Shown piece by piece: positions 19,654 to 29,111 of a stretch of 64,000 bases of DNA. Source of the DNA: Alphaproteobacteria bacterium (GTDB lineage Bacteria > Pseudomonadota > Alphaproteobacteria > UBA828); NCBI GenBank assembly GCA_963667785.2, contig CAXXMU010000006.1:416001-480000 (forward strand), read 5' to 3'. The notes under the pieces are model-generated. The model was not told the origin of the DNA. It ran no database searches and was given only the letters and a program-made list of their open reading frames with translations. Within the stretch, counting starts at the first letter, position 1, and each line of letters starts with the position of its first letter. Made by a program: the position numbers and the translations under genes.

Positions 19654-20750
19654 CGCAGCATGCGGAGCGCCGGGGGCGCGTGGCCACGCTGATCCGCGAT
19701 GCGGGGCTCGACGCCGCCGCCTTCGTGCCCGGCCCGAGCTTCGACTACCTGACCGGCCTCCACTTCCCCCTGATGGAGCGCCCGACGCTTCTCTTCATCA
19801 CCGGGAAGGCCGGGATGCTCGCGATCATGCCGGAGCTCGAGCGCCTGAAGTGGGGAAGCGCCTTCCCCGACGCGGACACTTTCTACTGGCAGGACAGCGA
19901 TGGCTTCGAGGACGCCTTCGCCGCCGCGGCCGGCGCGCTGGGAGCGGCAGCCGTCGGCGTCGAGGGCGGGCGGATGCGCGTGTTCGAGTATGACGCGCTC
20001 CGCCGCCACCTGACGGATGGGGAGGTGCGGAACGCCGACGCGGACCTTCAGGCGCTGCGCATCGCGAAAGACCAGGGCGAGATCGCCAGCCTCTCTCGTG
20101 CGATCGGGATCAGCGAGACCGCGCTGGGCGAGACCCTCGACGAGGTCCGGGCCGGCGATACCGAGGAGAGCATCGCGACACTGCTGAAGAGCCGCATGCT
20201 CGCCCACGGGTCCCAAGGCTTCGGTTTCGAGCCGATCGTGCTGGCGGGCGCCCATGCGGCGAACCCGCACGGCACGCCAGGCGACGCGGCGCTCAGGCCG
20301 GGCGATGCGCTGCTGATCGACTTCGGGGCCAGGATCGACGGCTACAGCGCCGACATCACGCGCACCTTCTTCTGCGAGCACGTGAGCGACCGCCACGCGG
20401 AGATCTACGAGACCGTGCGGGCGGCGAACGCGCTGGGGCGCCGCATCGCCGGGCCCGGGATCACGGCGCACGATCTGGACACGGCGGTGACCGGCTCGCT
20501 GCGATCCTCGTCCTTCGCCCACATGATCGTGCACAAGACCGGCCACGGCCTCGGCCTCGACGTGCACGAGGCGCCTCAGGTGATGGTCGGCAATCACCAG
20601 ACGCTCGAGCCCGGATACGTCATCACCGTCGAGCCGGGCCTCTACGGCGCCGGCGACGTGGGCATCCGGATCGAGGACGACGTGACCATCACCGACGATG
20701 GCTCGCGCTCGCTCACGTCGTTCGCGCGGGAGCTGCGCCTGATCGGCTGA
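19650..20750 (+). CDS. Xaa-Pro dipeptidase/aminopeptidase (M24B)
   Basis: Creatinase N-domain; DFGA..DGYSADITRT, HKTGHGLGLDVHE, TVEPGLY, GIRIEDDV; ATGA overlap with gntR. Confidence 0.92.
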   Translation: MTQHAERRGRVATLIRDAGLDAAAFVPGPSFDYLTGLHFPLMERPTLLFITGKAGMLAIMPELERLKWGSAFPDADTFYWQDSDGFEDAFAAAAGALGAAAVGVEGGRMRVFEYDALRRHLTDGEVRNADADLQALRIAKDQGEIASLSRAIGISETALGETLDEVRAGDTEESIATLLKSRMLAHGSQGFGFEPIVLAGAHAANPHGTPGDAALRPGDALLIDFGARIDGYSADITRTFFCEHVSDRHAEIYETVRAANALGRRIAGPGITAHDLDTAVTGSLRSSSFAHMIVHKTGHGLGLDVHEAPQVMVGNHQTLEPGYVITVEPGLYGAGDVGIRIEDDVTITDDGSRSLTSFARELRLIG

Positions 20751-20824
20751 GACGCCCGCGAGCCTGCGGGCTGCGGCCGGCGCTTGCCGTAACCACCGCG
20801 CGTAATCCGGGGTAGAGTGCGCCC

Positions 20825-23002
20825 ATGACGCAAGCGGCGGAATCTGTGGAGCGCGCCGCCGGCCGGCCGGCGGCGGAGAGCAGGGCCTTCGAGATCGTCT
20901 CGGCCTTCGAGCCGGCAGGCGATCAGCCCGAGGCCATCCGGCAGCTCATCGCAGGCCTGCGCGACAGCGAGCGCGACCAGGTGCTGCTGGGCGTCACCGG
21001 GTCGGGCAAGACCTTCACCATGACCCACGTGATCCGGGCGCTAGGCCGCCCCACCCTGATCCTGGCGCCGAACAAGACGCTCGCCGCCCAGCTCTACGGC
21101 GAGATGAAGAGCTTCCTGCCGAACAACGCCGTCGAGTACTTCGTCTCCTACTACGACTACTACCAGCCCGAGGCGTACGTGCCGCGCTCGGACACCTATA
21201 TCGAGAAGGACGCCTCGATCAACGAGCATATCGACCGCATGCGCCACAGCGCGACGCGGGCCCTGCTCGAGCGCGAGGACGTAGTGATCGTGGCCTCGGT
21301 CTCGTGCATATACGGCATCGGCGCGGTCGAGACCTACTCCTCGATGGCGGTCGCGCTGACGCAGGAAGGGCGCGTCGACCAGCGGGCGCTCATCCGCAAG
21401 CTGATCGAGCTGCAGTACCGTCGAACCAACCAGACGCTGGAGCGCGGCAGCTTCCGCGTGCGCGGCGACGTGATCGAGCTCTTTCCGGCGCATTCCGAGG
21501 ACCGCGCCTGGCGTATCTCGCTCTTCGGCGACGAGATCGAGGAGATCATCGAGTTCGATCCGCTCACCGGCGCCAAGACCGACCGGCTCGTGCGGGTGCG
21601 CATCTACCCCAACAGCCACTACGTCACGCCGAGGCCCACGGTGCGCCAGGCGATCAAGCAGGTCAGGATCGAGCTCGCCCAGCGGCTGGAGGAGTTCAAC
21701 GCGCAGGGGATGCTGCTGGAGGCCCAGCGGCTGGAGCAGCGCACGCTCTTCGACCTCGAGATGATGGAGGCAACCGGCTCCTGCGCCGGCATCGAGAACT
21801 ACTCGCGCTACCTCACCGGCCGCAATCCGGGCGAGCCGCCGCCCACGCTCTTCGAATACCTGCCCGAGAACGCGCTGCTGATCGTCGACGAATCCCACGT
21901 CACCGTGCCCCAGCTCGGCGGCATGTTCCGCGGCGACTTCAAGCGCAAGTCCACCCTCGCCGAGTTCGGCTTCCGGCTGCCGTCGTGCGTCGACAACAGG
22001 CCGCTCAAGTTCGAGGAGTGGGACGCCATGCGGCCGGAGACCATCTTCGTCTCGGCGACGCCGGGGCCGTGGGAGCTGGAGCGCACCGGCGGGGCCTTCA
22101 TCGAACAGGTGATCCGCCCGACCGGGCTGATCGACCCGGTGTGCGTGGTCCGCCCCGTGGAACACCAGGTCGACGACCTCATCGCCGAGTGCAAGGACCG
22201 CGCCGCCCGGGGGCTCCGGGTGCTGGTCACGACCCTCACCAAGCGCATGGCCGAGGACCTGACCGAGTATCTCCACGAAGCCGGCGTCCGCGTGCGCTAC
22301 CTGCACTCCGACATCGACACCATCGAACGCATCGAGATCATCCGCGACCTGCGTCTCGGCGCCTTCGACGTGCTGGTCGGCATCAACCTCCTGCGCGAGG
22401 GGCTGGACATCCCGGAATGCGGGCTGGTGGCGATCCTGGACGCCGACAAGGAAGGCTTCCTGCGCTCGCAGACCTCGCTGATCCAGACCATCGGCCGGGC
22501 GGCGCGCAACGTCGACGGCCGGGTGATCCTCTACGCTGACGCGATGACCGACTCGCTCAGCACCGCGCTGGCGGAGACCGAGCGCCGGCGCGCGCGCCAG
22601 CAGGCCTTCAACGCCGCCAACGGCATCACGCCCGAAAGCGTCAGGAAGTCGATCGCCGACATCCTGGAGAGCGTGTACGAGGCGGACCATGTCACCGTCG
22701 GCACCGGCGATGACGAGACCGCACACCTCGTCGGGCACAATCTCGAGGCCCATCTCAAGGACCTGGAAGCGCGCATGAAGGCGGCGGCGGCGGAGCTCGA
22801 GTTCGAGGAGGCGGCGCGGCTCAGGGACGAGATCCGCAGGCTCAACGACATGGACCTCGGGCTCGCGGACCGCCGCGACGACGGCGCGGGCGGCGCCGTC
22901 CGTGCCTCCGGGCGAGGGCGCAGCAGCAAGGGCGCGCCCGGCACCTCCGCCCGCAAGCGCAGCAAGAAGAAATCCGCCCGTCGCCGCTCGGCCTTCGGCT
23001 GA
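20825..23002 (+). CDS. uvrB: Excinuclease ABC subunit B
   Basis: [47 protein letters not shown] domain [11 protein letters not shown]. Confidence 0.98.
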   Translation: MTQAAESVERAAGRPAAESRAFEIVSAFEPAGDQPEAIRQLIAGLRDSERDQVLLGVTGSGKTFTMTHVIRALGRPTLILAPNKTLAAQLYGEMKSFLPNNAVEYFVSYYDYYQPEAYVPRSDTYIEKDASINEHIDRMRHSATRALLEREDVVIVASVSCIYGIGAVETYSSMAVALTQEGRVDQRALIRKLIELQYRRTNQTLERGSFRVRGDVIELFPAHSEDRAWRISLFGDEIEEIIEFDPLTGAKTDRLVRVRIYPNSHYVTPRPTVRQAIKQVRIELAQRLEEFNAQGMLLEAQRLEQRTLFDLEMMEATGSCAGIENYSRYLTGRNPGEPPPTLFEYLPENALLIVDESHVTVPQLGGMFRGDFKRKSTLAEFGFRLPSCVDNRPLKFEEWDAMRPETIFVSATPGPWELERTGGAFIEQVIRPTGLIDPVCVVRPVEHQVDDLIAECKDRAARGLRVLVTTLTKRMAEDLTEYLHEAGVRVRYLHSDIDTIERIEIIRDLRLGAFDVLVGINLLREGLDIPECGLVAILDADKEGFLRSQTSLIQTIGRAARNVDGRVILYADAMTDSLSTALAETERRRARQQAFNAANGITPESVRKSIADILESVYEADHVTVGTGDDETAHLVGHNLEAHLKDLEARMKAAAAELEFEEAARLRDEIRRLNDMDLGLADRRDDGAGGAVRASGRGRSSKGAPGTSARKRSKKKSARRRSAFG

Positions 23003-23024
23003 GGCAGGCACGCCGACCCGTCCC

Positions 23025-24038
23025 ATGGTGGCGCTTTCGGTCCTCGATCTGTCGCCGATCCCCGAAGGCGCGAACGCGGCGGAGGCGTTCCGCAACACGG
23101 TGGACCTCGCGCGCCATGTCGAGCGCCTGGGCTTCCGCCGCTATTGGCTGGCCGAGCATCACAACATGGCCGGCATCGGCAGTGCCGCGACCGCGGTGTT
23201 GATCGGCCATGTCGCAGGTGCCACCGAGACCATCCGTGTCGGCGCCGGCGGCATCATGCTGCCCAACCACGCGCCGCTGGTCATCGCCGAGCAGTTCGGC
23301 ACCCTCGAATCGCTCTATCCCGGGCGGATCGACCTCGGCATCGGGCGCGCACCGGGGACCGACCAGCTCACGTCCCATGCGCTCAGGCGCACACTCACCG
23401 GCGACGTCAACGACTTCCCGCGCGATGTGGTGGAGCTGCAGAGCTACTTCCAGCCGACACCGCCGGGCCAGCGCGTGCGGGCGGTACCGGGCGCGGGCCT
23501 GGAGGTGCCGATCTGGATTCTCGGCTCGAGCCTCTTCGGCGCGCAGCTCGCCGCCGTCCTGGGTCTCCCCTACGCCTTCGCCTCGCACTTCGCGCCCGCC
23601 GCGCTGATGCAGGCGATCGAGGTCTACCGGGAGCAGTTCCGACCCTCGGCGCAGTGCGACTCCTCCTACCTGATGGCGGGGTTCAACGTCTTCGCCGCCG
23701 ACAGCGAGGAGGAGGCGGCCTACGTGCGGAGCTCGGCCCAGCAATCGGTGCTGAACCTGCACCGCGGCGTACCCGGCCCCCTGCCCCGCCCGGTGCAGGG
23801 CTTCGAGGACGGCCTCGATGCACAGGAGCGCACCATCCTCGCGCGCTGGTTCACCTGCGCCGCTTCGGGCACGCCGGAGCCGGTGGCGGAACGCCTCAAG
23901 ACATTCGCGGAGCAGACCGGCGTCGACGAGATCATGGTGACGTCGAACATCCACGACCACGCGGCCCGGCTGCGCTCCTACGAGATCACGGCCGAGGCGG
24001 GCGCTAGCCTGGCACGCCGGTCGGCCACCGACACGTAG
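23025..24038 (+). CDS. LLM-class flavin-dependent oxidoreductase (YhbW-like)
   Basis: [47 protein letters not shown]. Confidence 0.92.
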   Translation: MVALSVLDLSPIPEGANAAEAFRNTVDLARHVERLGFRRYWLAEHHNMAGIGSAATAVLIGHVAGATETIRVGAGGIMLPNHAPLVIAEQFGTLESLYPGRIDLGIGRAPGTDQLTSHALRRTLTGDVNDFPRDVVELQSYFQPTPPGQRVRAVPGAGLEVPIWILGSSLFGAQLAAVLGLPYAFASHFAPAALMQAIEVYREQFRPSAQCDSSYLMAGFNVFAADSEEEAAYVRSSAQQSVLNLHRGVPGPLPRPVQGFEDGLDAQERTILARWFTCAASGTPEPVAERLKTFAEQTGVDEIMVTSNIHDHAARLRSYEITAEAGASLARRSATDT

Positions 24039-24123
24039 GCCGCCTAGGGCCATCGCGGTCCCTCGGTTGCCGGGGACTTCCCGCCGGCGATAGGATGGAG
24101 CACGGGTCGGCGGGAGAGATGGC

Positions 24124-25179
24124 ATGGCGCTAGCGCACGCGCGTGCGGAGGCAGCGGTGACGAGGGCAGACCTCGCCGCCCGCCTCGAAGCGCATCCGCG
24201 CATACCGCTCGCGCATCTGCCGACACCGCTCGATGCCTGCCCCCGGCTCGCCGAGGCGATCGGCGTGCGCGCCCTCTACGTCAAGCGCGACGACCTTACC
24301 GGGCTCGCCTTCGGCGGCAACAAGACGCGCCATCTCGAGTTCACCTTCGCCGAAATCCTGCGCTCGGGCGCCGACACCGTGGTCGCGGGCGCCTACACCC
24401 AGTCCAACTGGTGCCGGCAGATCACGGCGGCGGCGCGCAAGCTCGGCCTCGCGGTGTCGCTGGTCCTGATACACGGCGTCAAGGGGCCGAGGGTGCAGGG
24501 CAACCTGCTGCTCGACCGCCTCATGGGTGCGGACGTGACCGTGGTCGACATCGATTCGATGGAGAAGATCCAGCCGCTGCTCGACGAGAAGGCCCGCACC
24601 CTCGAGGCGGCAGGACGGCGGCCCTTCGTGATCGCGCCCTTCGCCCTCGACCAGCAGGTCCGGGCGGCCATCGGCTACGTCGTGACGGCGATCGAGCTCG
24701 ACGCCCAGTTCGAGGACGCAGGCATCGACCCCGCCCACGTATTCGTCTGCGGCGCCAACAACACGCCCGCTGGCCTCATAACCGGCCTGCGGGCGCTGGG
24801 GCGCCGGGCGCGCGTGACGTCGGTCAGCCCGATCCGCTGGGAAGAGCCGCGCGAGCTCGACATCGCCCGCGTCGCCACCGGGACGGCGCGCGCGCTCGAC
24901 CTCAACCTCGTGATCGAGCCGGGCGACTTCGTCGCCGACGAGGGCCATATCGGCGAGGACTACGGCGTGCTCTCGCCGGAGGCCCGCGCCGCCATCAGGC
25001 TCGTGGCCGGGACCGAAGGTATCCTTCTCGACCCGGTCTACTCGGGCAAGGCCATGGCCGGCCTCATCGACGCGGCGAAGCGCGGCACCGTGGGGGCGGA
25101 CGAGACGGTGGTGTTCGTCCATACGGGCGGCATGCCGGCGCTCTTCGCCTATGCCGAGGACTTGATCGATGACGGCTGA
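24124..25179 (+). CDS. PLP-dependent D-cysteine desulfhydrase-like protein
   Basis: LPTPL, VKRDDLTGLAFGGNKTR, QSNW, EGILLDPVYSGKA, FVHTGG. Confidence 0.85.
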   Translation: MALAHARAEAAVTRADLAARLEAHPRIPLAHLPTPLDACPRLAEAIGVRALYVKRDDLTGLAFGGNKTRHLEFTFAEILRSGADTVVAGAYTQSNWCRQITAAARKLGLAVSLVLIHGVKGPRVQGNLLLDRLMGADVTVVDIDSMEKIQPLLDEKARTLEAAGRRPFVIAPFALDQQVRAAIGYVVTAIELDAQFEDAGIDPAHVFVCGANNTPAGLITGLRALGRRARVTSVSPIRWEEPRELDIARVATGTARALDLNLVIEPGDFVADEGHIGEDYGVLSPEARAAIRLVAGTEGILLDPVYSGKAMAGLIDAAKRGTVGADETVVFVHTGGMPALFAYAEDLIDDG

Positions 25180-26800
25180 GGCAGGCCCCGCCCGCCGGAC
25201 CGATACGGAGGGCGGCCGGGACGAGAGCGCACCCGCGCTGAGGCGGCAGGTCGCGTCGCTGGAGCAGGCGCTGGCCGAGGCCTGGCGCGCCCGCGATGCG
25301 GGGCGGACATCGGAGGACAGGTTCCGCGCCCTCTTCGAGATGAGCCGGGACGGGATCGTCTTCGTCGATCTCGAAGGCCACATCGAGGAGATGAACCAGG
25401 CCTATCTCGACCTCGTCGGCTACGACCGCGACGAGATCACCACGCACACCTATCAGGACCTCACGCCCGAGAAGTGGCGCGCCAGCGAGGCGGAGATCAT
25501 CGAGACCCAGGTGATGCGGCGCGGCTTCTCCGACGAGTACGAGAAGGAGTACGTGCGCAAGGACGGCTCGATCGCGCCGATCAGCCTGCGCACCATCCTG
25601 GTGCGGGACCTGGACGGGCGTCCGATCCGCTTCATGGGCATCGTCCGCGACATCACCGAGCTGAAGGAGAAGGAGGAGGCGCTCAAGGCCTCCGAGAAGC
25701 GGTATCGCGGCCTCTTCGACCTGAGCCACGACGGCGTGGTCTTCGTCGGCCTCGACGGCCCCGTCGAGGAGGCGAACGGCGCCTATCTCGACATGCTCGG
25801 CTACGATCTCGACGAACTCATCGGCGTGACCTATCAGCAGCTCACACCCGTCCGCTGGGCGGAGATGGAGGCCGAGATCGTCGACCGGCAGCTCATGTCG
25901 CGCGGCTACACCGACGAGTACGAGAAGGAATACATCCGCAAGGGAGGCTCGATCTTCCCCGTCGCCGTCCGCTCCATCCTGGTGCGGGACGAGGCGGGCA
26001 CGCCGGTGCGGATCATGGGGATCGTGCGCGACATCACCGAGCAGAAGCGGGCGAAGGAGGCGCTGGAGCGCCACGCCCGCGACCTCGCCCGCTCCAACGA
26101 GGAGTTGGAGCAGTTCGCCTACGTCGCCTCCCACGACCTGCAGGAGCCGTTGCGCAAGATCAGGGCGTTCGGCGCGCTGCTCGCCGACGAAAAGCGCGAG
26201 AGCCTGGACGACGAAGGCCGCCAGTACATCGACTTCATGACCGACGCCGCGGCGCGGATGCAGACCCTGGTGAGCGACCTGCTGGCGCTCTCGCGGGTCA
26301 CCACCGCCGCCCAGCCCTTCGAGGACCTGGCGCTCGACGAGGTGTTCGACACGGTGCTCTCCGACCTCTCCGTGGCGCTGCAGGAGGGAGGCGGTGCGGT
26401 CGACGTCGCCGCGGCCCCGACCATCGAGGCCGACCGCACCCAGATGGAGCAGCTCTTCCGCAATCTCATCGGCAACGCGCTCAAGTTCCGCCGGCCCGGC
26501 GTCGCGCCGCGGGTCACGGTTGGAACGGCGGAGGACGCGCCTCCTCTCGACGCGATCCCTGGGCCGGCGCATACCATCGTCGTGACCGACAACGGCATCG
26601 GCTTCGAGCCGGACCAGGGAAGCAAGCTGTTCCAGCCCTTCAAGCGGCTGCACGCGCGCCACCAGTACGAGGGCGCGGGCATCGGGCTCGCGATCTGCGA
26701 GAAGATCGTGCTCCGCCATCACGGCCGGATCACCGCGACCGCCGCGCCGGGCGCGGGCGCCACCTTCACCGTGACGCTGCCGCGCCGGCAGCCCCGATGA
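25169..26800 (+). CDS. Cytoplasmic PAS-PAS sensor histidine kinase (Cph1/phytochrome-type kinase core)
   Basis: Two PAS domains; SNEELEQFAYVASHDLQEPLRKI H-box, NLIGNALKF, DNGIGF, GAGIGLAIC. Confidence 0.92.
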   Translation: MTAEAGPARRTDTEGGRDESAPALRRQVASLEQALAEAWRARDAGRTSEDRFRALFEMSRDGIVFVDLEGHIEEMNQAYLDLVGYDRDEITTHTYQDLTPEKWRASEAEIIETQVMRRGFSDEYEKEYVRKDGSIAPISLRTILVRDLDGRPIRFMGIVRDITELKEKEEALKASEKRYRGLFDLSHDGVVFVGLDGPVEEANGAYLDMLGYDLDELIGVTYQQLTPVRWAEMEAEIVDRQLMSRGYTDEYEKEYIRKGGSIFPVAVRSILVRDEAGTPVRIMGIVRDITEQKRAKEALERHARDLARSNEELEQFAYVASHDLQEPLRKIRAFGALLADEKRESLDDEGRQYIDFMTDAAARMQTLVSDLLALSRVTTAAQPFEDLALDEVFDTVLSDLSVALQEGGGAVDVAAAPTIEADRTQMEQLFRNLIGNALKFRRPGVAPRVTVGTAEDAPPLDAIPGPAHTIVVTDNGIGFEPDQGSKLFQPFKRLHARHQYEGAGIGLAICEKIVLRHHGRITATAAPGAGATFTVTLPRRQPR

Positions 26801-26807
26801 GGACCGC

Positions 26808-27731
26808 GTGAGCACCGCACCCGGCATCAAGCCGGTCCTCATCCTGATGGCGGACGATGATCCCGAGGACTGCCTGCTGACCAAGAAGACGCTGCAGAAG
26901 GCGCGGCTCGCCAACGAGCTGCGCTTCGTGCAGGACGGGCAGGAGCTGCTCGACTATCTCGGGCGGGAAGGCCGGTTCGCCGACCCCTCCGCTTCGCCCC
27001 GCCCCGACCTGATCCTGCTCGATCTCAACATGCCCAACATGGCCGGGCTGGATTCGCTGTGGGAGATCAACCTGAAGCCCGCACTGCGGCGGATTCCGAT
27101 CGTCATCCTCACCGCCTCGGAGGCCAGCCTCGACATCTCGGACAGCTACAATCTCGGCGCTTACGCCTATCTGGTGAAGCCCGTGACCTTCTCGAAGCTG
27201 CACGAGGCCGTGCTGCGGCTCAGGAGCTGCAGCTACGAGCTCACCGTGCCCGCCAGCCCGGGCGAGGCCGTGCGGCCCGCGGTCATCGTCATGGCGGACG
27301 ACGACCCGGAAGACTGCCTGCAGGCGACCAAGACGCTCCAGGCCGCGGGTCTCGGCAACGCGCTCACTTACGTGACCAACGGCGCCGCGCTGCTGGACCA
27401 CCTGCATGGGCGCCACGTGCATGGCGACGGCACACCCGCGCCGCGGCCCGACCTCGTCTTGCTCGATCCGGGGCTGCAACAGACGGAAGGGCGCCATGCG
27501 CTCGCCGAGATGGCCGCCACGCCGGCGCTCCGCGACCTGCCGGTGATCCTGCTGGGCGCGTCCAGGGAAGAACGCGCCGCGCTGCCCCAGCCGGGAGCGG
27601 CGGGGCCGGTCTTCATCGATACGCCGATCGAGTTCGGCGCATTCGCCGACGCGGTGGCTCAGTTTCCGTCGCTCGCGCTCCGGCTCGTCACCGCGGCCCC
27701 CGAGCCGGAAGACGGGAGCGGCGCGGCGTAG
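26808..27731 (+). CDS. Tandem receiver-domain protein (Rcp1-like REC plus degenerate REC)
   Basis: MADDDPED...PDLILLDLNMP...YLVKP, then a second MADDDPED...PDLVLLDPGL...FIDTP. Confidence 0.85.
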   Translation: MSTAPGIKPVLILMADDDPEDCLLTKKTLQKARLANELRFVQDGQELLDYLGREGRFADPSASPRPDLILLDLNMPNMAGLDSLWEINLKPALRRIPIVILTASEASLDISDSYNLGAYAYLVKPVTFSKLHEAVLRLRSCSYELTVPASPGEAVRPAVIVMADDDPEDCLQATKTLQAAGLGNALTYVTNGAALLDHLHGRHVHGDGTPAPRPDLVLLDPGLQQTEGRHALAEMAATPALRDLPVILLGASREERAALPQPGAAGPVFIDTPIEFGAFADAVAQFPSLALRLVTAAPEPEDGSGAA

Positions 27732-27748
27732 GCGCAGGGAGCAGACGC

Positions 27749-28201
27749 ATGATGCGGGTCGACAGCAGCGAGAGCACCGTCCTGGTAATGGCGGACGACG
27801 ACCCGGCCGACTGCCTTCTTACCGAGAAGGCGCTGCGCAAGGCGGACATCACCTGCCCGCTCTACGTCGTCCACGACGGTGCGGAGCTGATGGATTACCT
27901 GACGCACCGGGGCGACTATGCGGACCCGGCAGCGGCGCCGCGGCCGAGCCTGATCCTGCTGGATCTCAACATGCCGAAGGTCAACGGCACGGAGGTGCTG
28001 GCGCGGCTGCGCGACGAGCCCGAGCTCCGCAGCATCCCCGTCGTGGTGCTGACGACCTCCGACGAGGAGCGGGACATCGCCTCGAGCTACGCGCTCGGCG
28101 CGAATGCCTACCTGGTGAAGCCGTCGGCCTTCGACGACATGGTCTCGGTCGCCGAGATCGTGAAGGCGCACTGGCTGGAGGCGGTGCGACTCCCGCCCTG
28201 A
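27749..28201 (+). CDS. Single-domain response regulator (Rcp1-like)
   Basis: MADDDPAD, PSLILLDLNMPKVNG, VVVLTTS, GANAYLVKP. Confidence 0.9.
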   Translation: MMRVDSSESTVLVMADDDPADCLLTEKALRKADITCPLYVVHDGAELMDYLTHRGDYADPAAAPRPSLILLDLNMPKVNGTEVLARLRDEPELRSIPVVVLTTSDEERDIASSYALGANAYLVKPSAFDDMVSVAEIVKAHWLEAVRLPP

Positions 28202-28204
28202 GCG

Positions 28205-29101
28205 CTACGAGCCGTCGACGGCCGCCACGACACCCGCCGTCTCGGCCGCGTGGACGAGCCGCGTCGGCTGCACCCACCAGGCCGGACGATCGCGGGCGAC
28301 GGCACGGGCCGCGCGGGCGGCGGCAGCCTCGCCGTCGAACAGGCCGAAGCAAGTGGCACCCGAGCCCGACATGCGGGCGAGCAGGCAGCCCGGCGCCGCC
28401 GCAAGCCGCGTGAGCACGCGGCCGATCTCGGGCGCCTCAACTTGCGCGGGCCGCTCCAGATCGTTCCGCCGCGCAGCGAGCAGGGCGGCCAGAGCCGGCG
28501 CGTCCGGCGGCCTCTCCCCGAATTGCCCGGCGGCCGAGAACGGCCCCTGCCTCGCCACGAAGACTCGCCCCGTGGACACCGGCACACCGGGATTGACCAA
28601 CAACGCCGCGCAGGCAGGCAAGGGCGGCGGCGGGCTCAGCAGCTCGCCGATGCCGGCCATGTAGGCCGCCCGCGATTCGAGGCAGACCGGCACGTCGGCG
28701 CCGAGGCCGAGCGCCGTCTCCCGCAGCAGGCCGTCGTGCTCGGGGCCGAGCCGCCAGAGCCGGGCGAGGCCGCGCAGCACCGCGGCCGCGTCGGCCGAGC
28801 CACCGCCGAGGCCGGCAGCGACGGGAATGCGCTTGTGCAACGCGATGCGCACGCCGGCGCTGCGGCCGAGCGCGTCCGCGAGCGCCTCCGCCGCCCGCGT
28901 CGCGAGATTCCCGCCGGCGTCGAGAGCCGGGGCGAAAGGGCCACTCACGGCGAGGTCGAGGGTCTCCGCCGGCGCGATCTCCAGCGTATCGGCGAACGCG
29001 GCGAAGGTGACGAGGCTGTCCAGCTCGTGATAGCCGTCCGCGCGCCGGCCGGTCACGTGGAGGTAAAGGTTGAGCTTGGCCGGCGCCTCGATACGGATCA
29101 C
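28205..29101 (-). CDS. ispE: 4-diphosphocytidyl-2-C-methyl-D-erythritol kinase
   Basis: APAKLNLYLH, GYHELDSL, KRIPVAAGLGGGSADAA, GADVPVC, MSGSGATCF. Confidence 0.95.
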   Translation of the reverse strand: MIRIEAPAKLNLYLHVTGRRADGYHELDSLVTFAAFADTLEIAPAETLDLAVSGPFAPALDAGGNLATRAAEALADALGRSAGVRIALHKRIPVAAGLGGGSADAAAVLRGLARLWRLGPEHDGLLRETALGLGADVPVCLESRAAYMAGIGELLSPPPPLPACAALLVNPGVPVSTGRVFVARQGPFSAAGQFGERPPDAPALAALLAARRNDLERPAQVEAPEIGRVLTRLAAAPGCLLARMSGSGATCFGLFDGEAAAARAARAVARDRPAWWVQPTRLVHAAETAGVVAAVDGS

Positions 29102-29111
29102 CGCCGGCCCC

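Noticed and set aside
20751-20824. LexA box upstream of uvrB
   Set aside because: No alphaproteobacterial GTTC-N7-GTTC or GAAC-N7-GAAC motif is visible.
24124-25179. ACC deaminase (acdS)
   Set aside because: It has PVYSGK and HTGG rather than the diagnostic PVYEGK and HLGG of true ACC deaminases.
25169-26800. Bacteriophytochrome or LOV photoreceptor
   Set aside because: There are no GAF/PHY domains and no GxNCRFLQ motif; only the kinase core is phytochrome-like.
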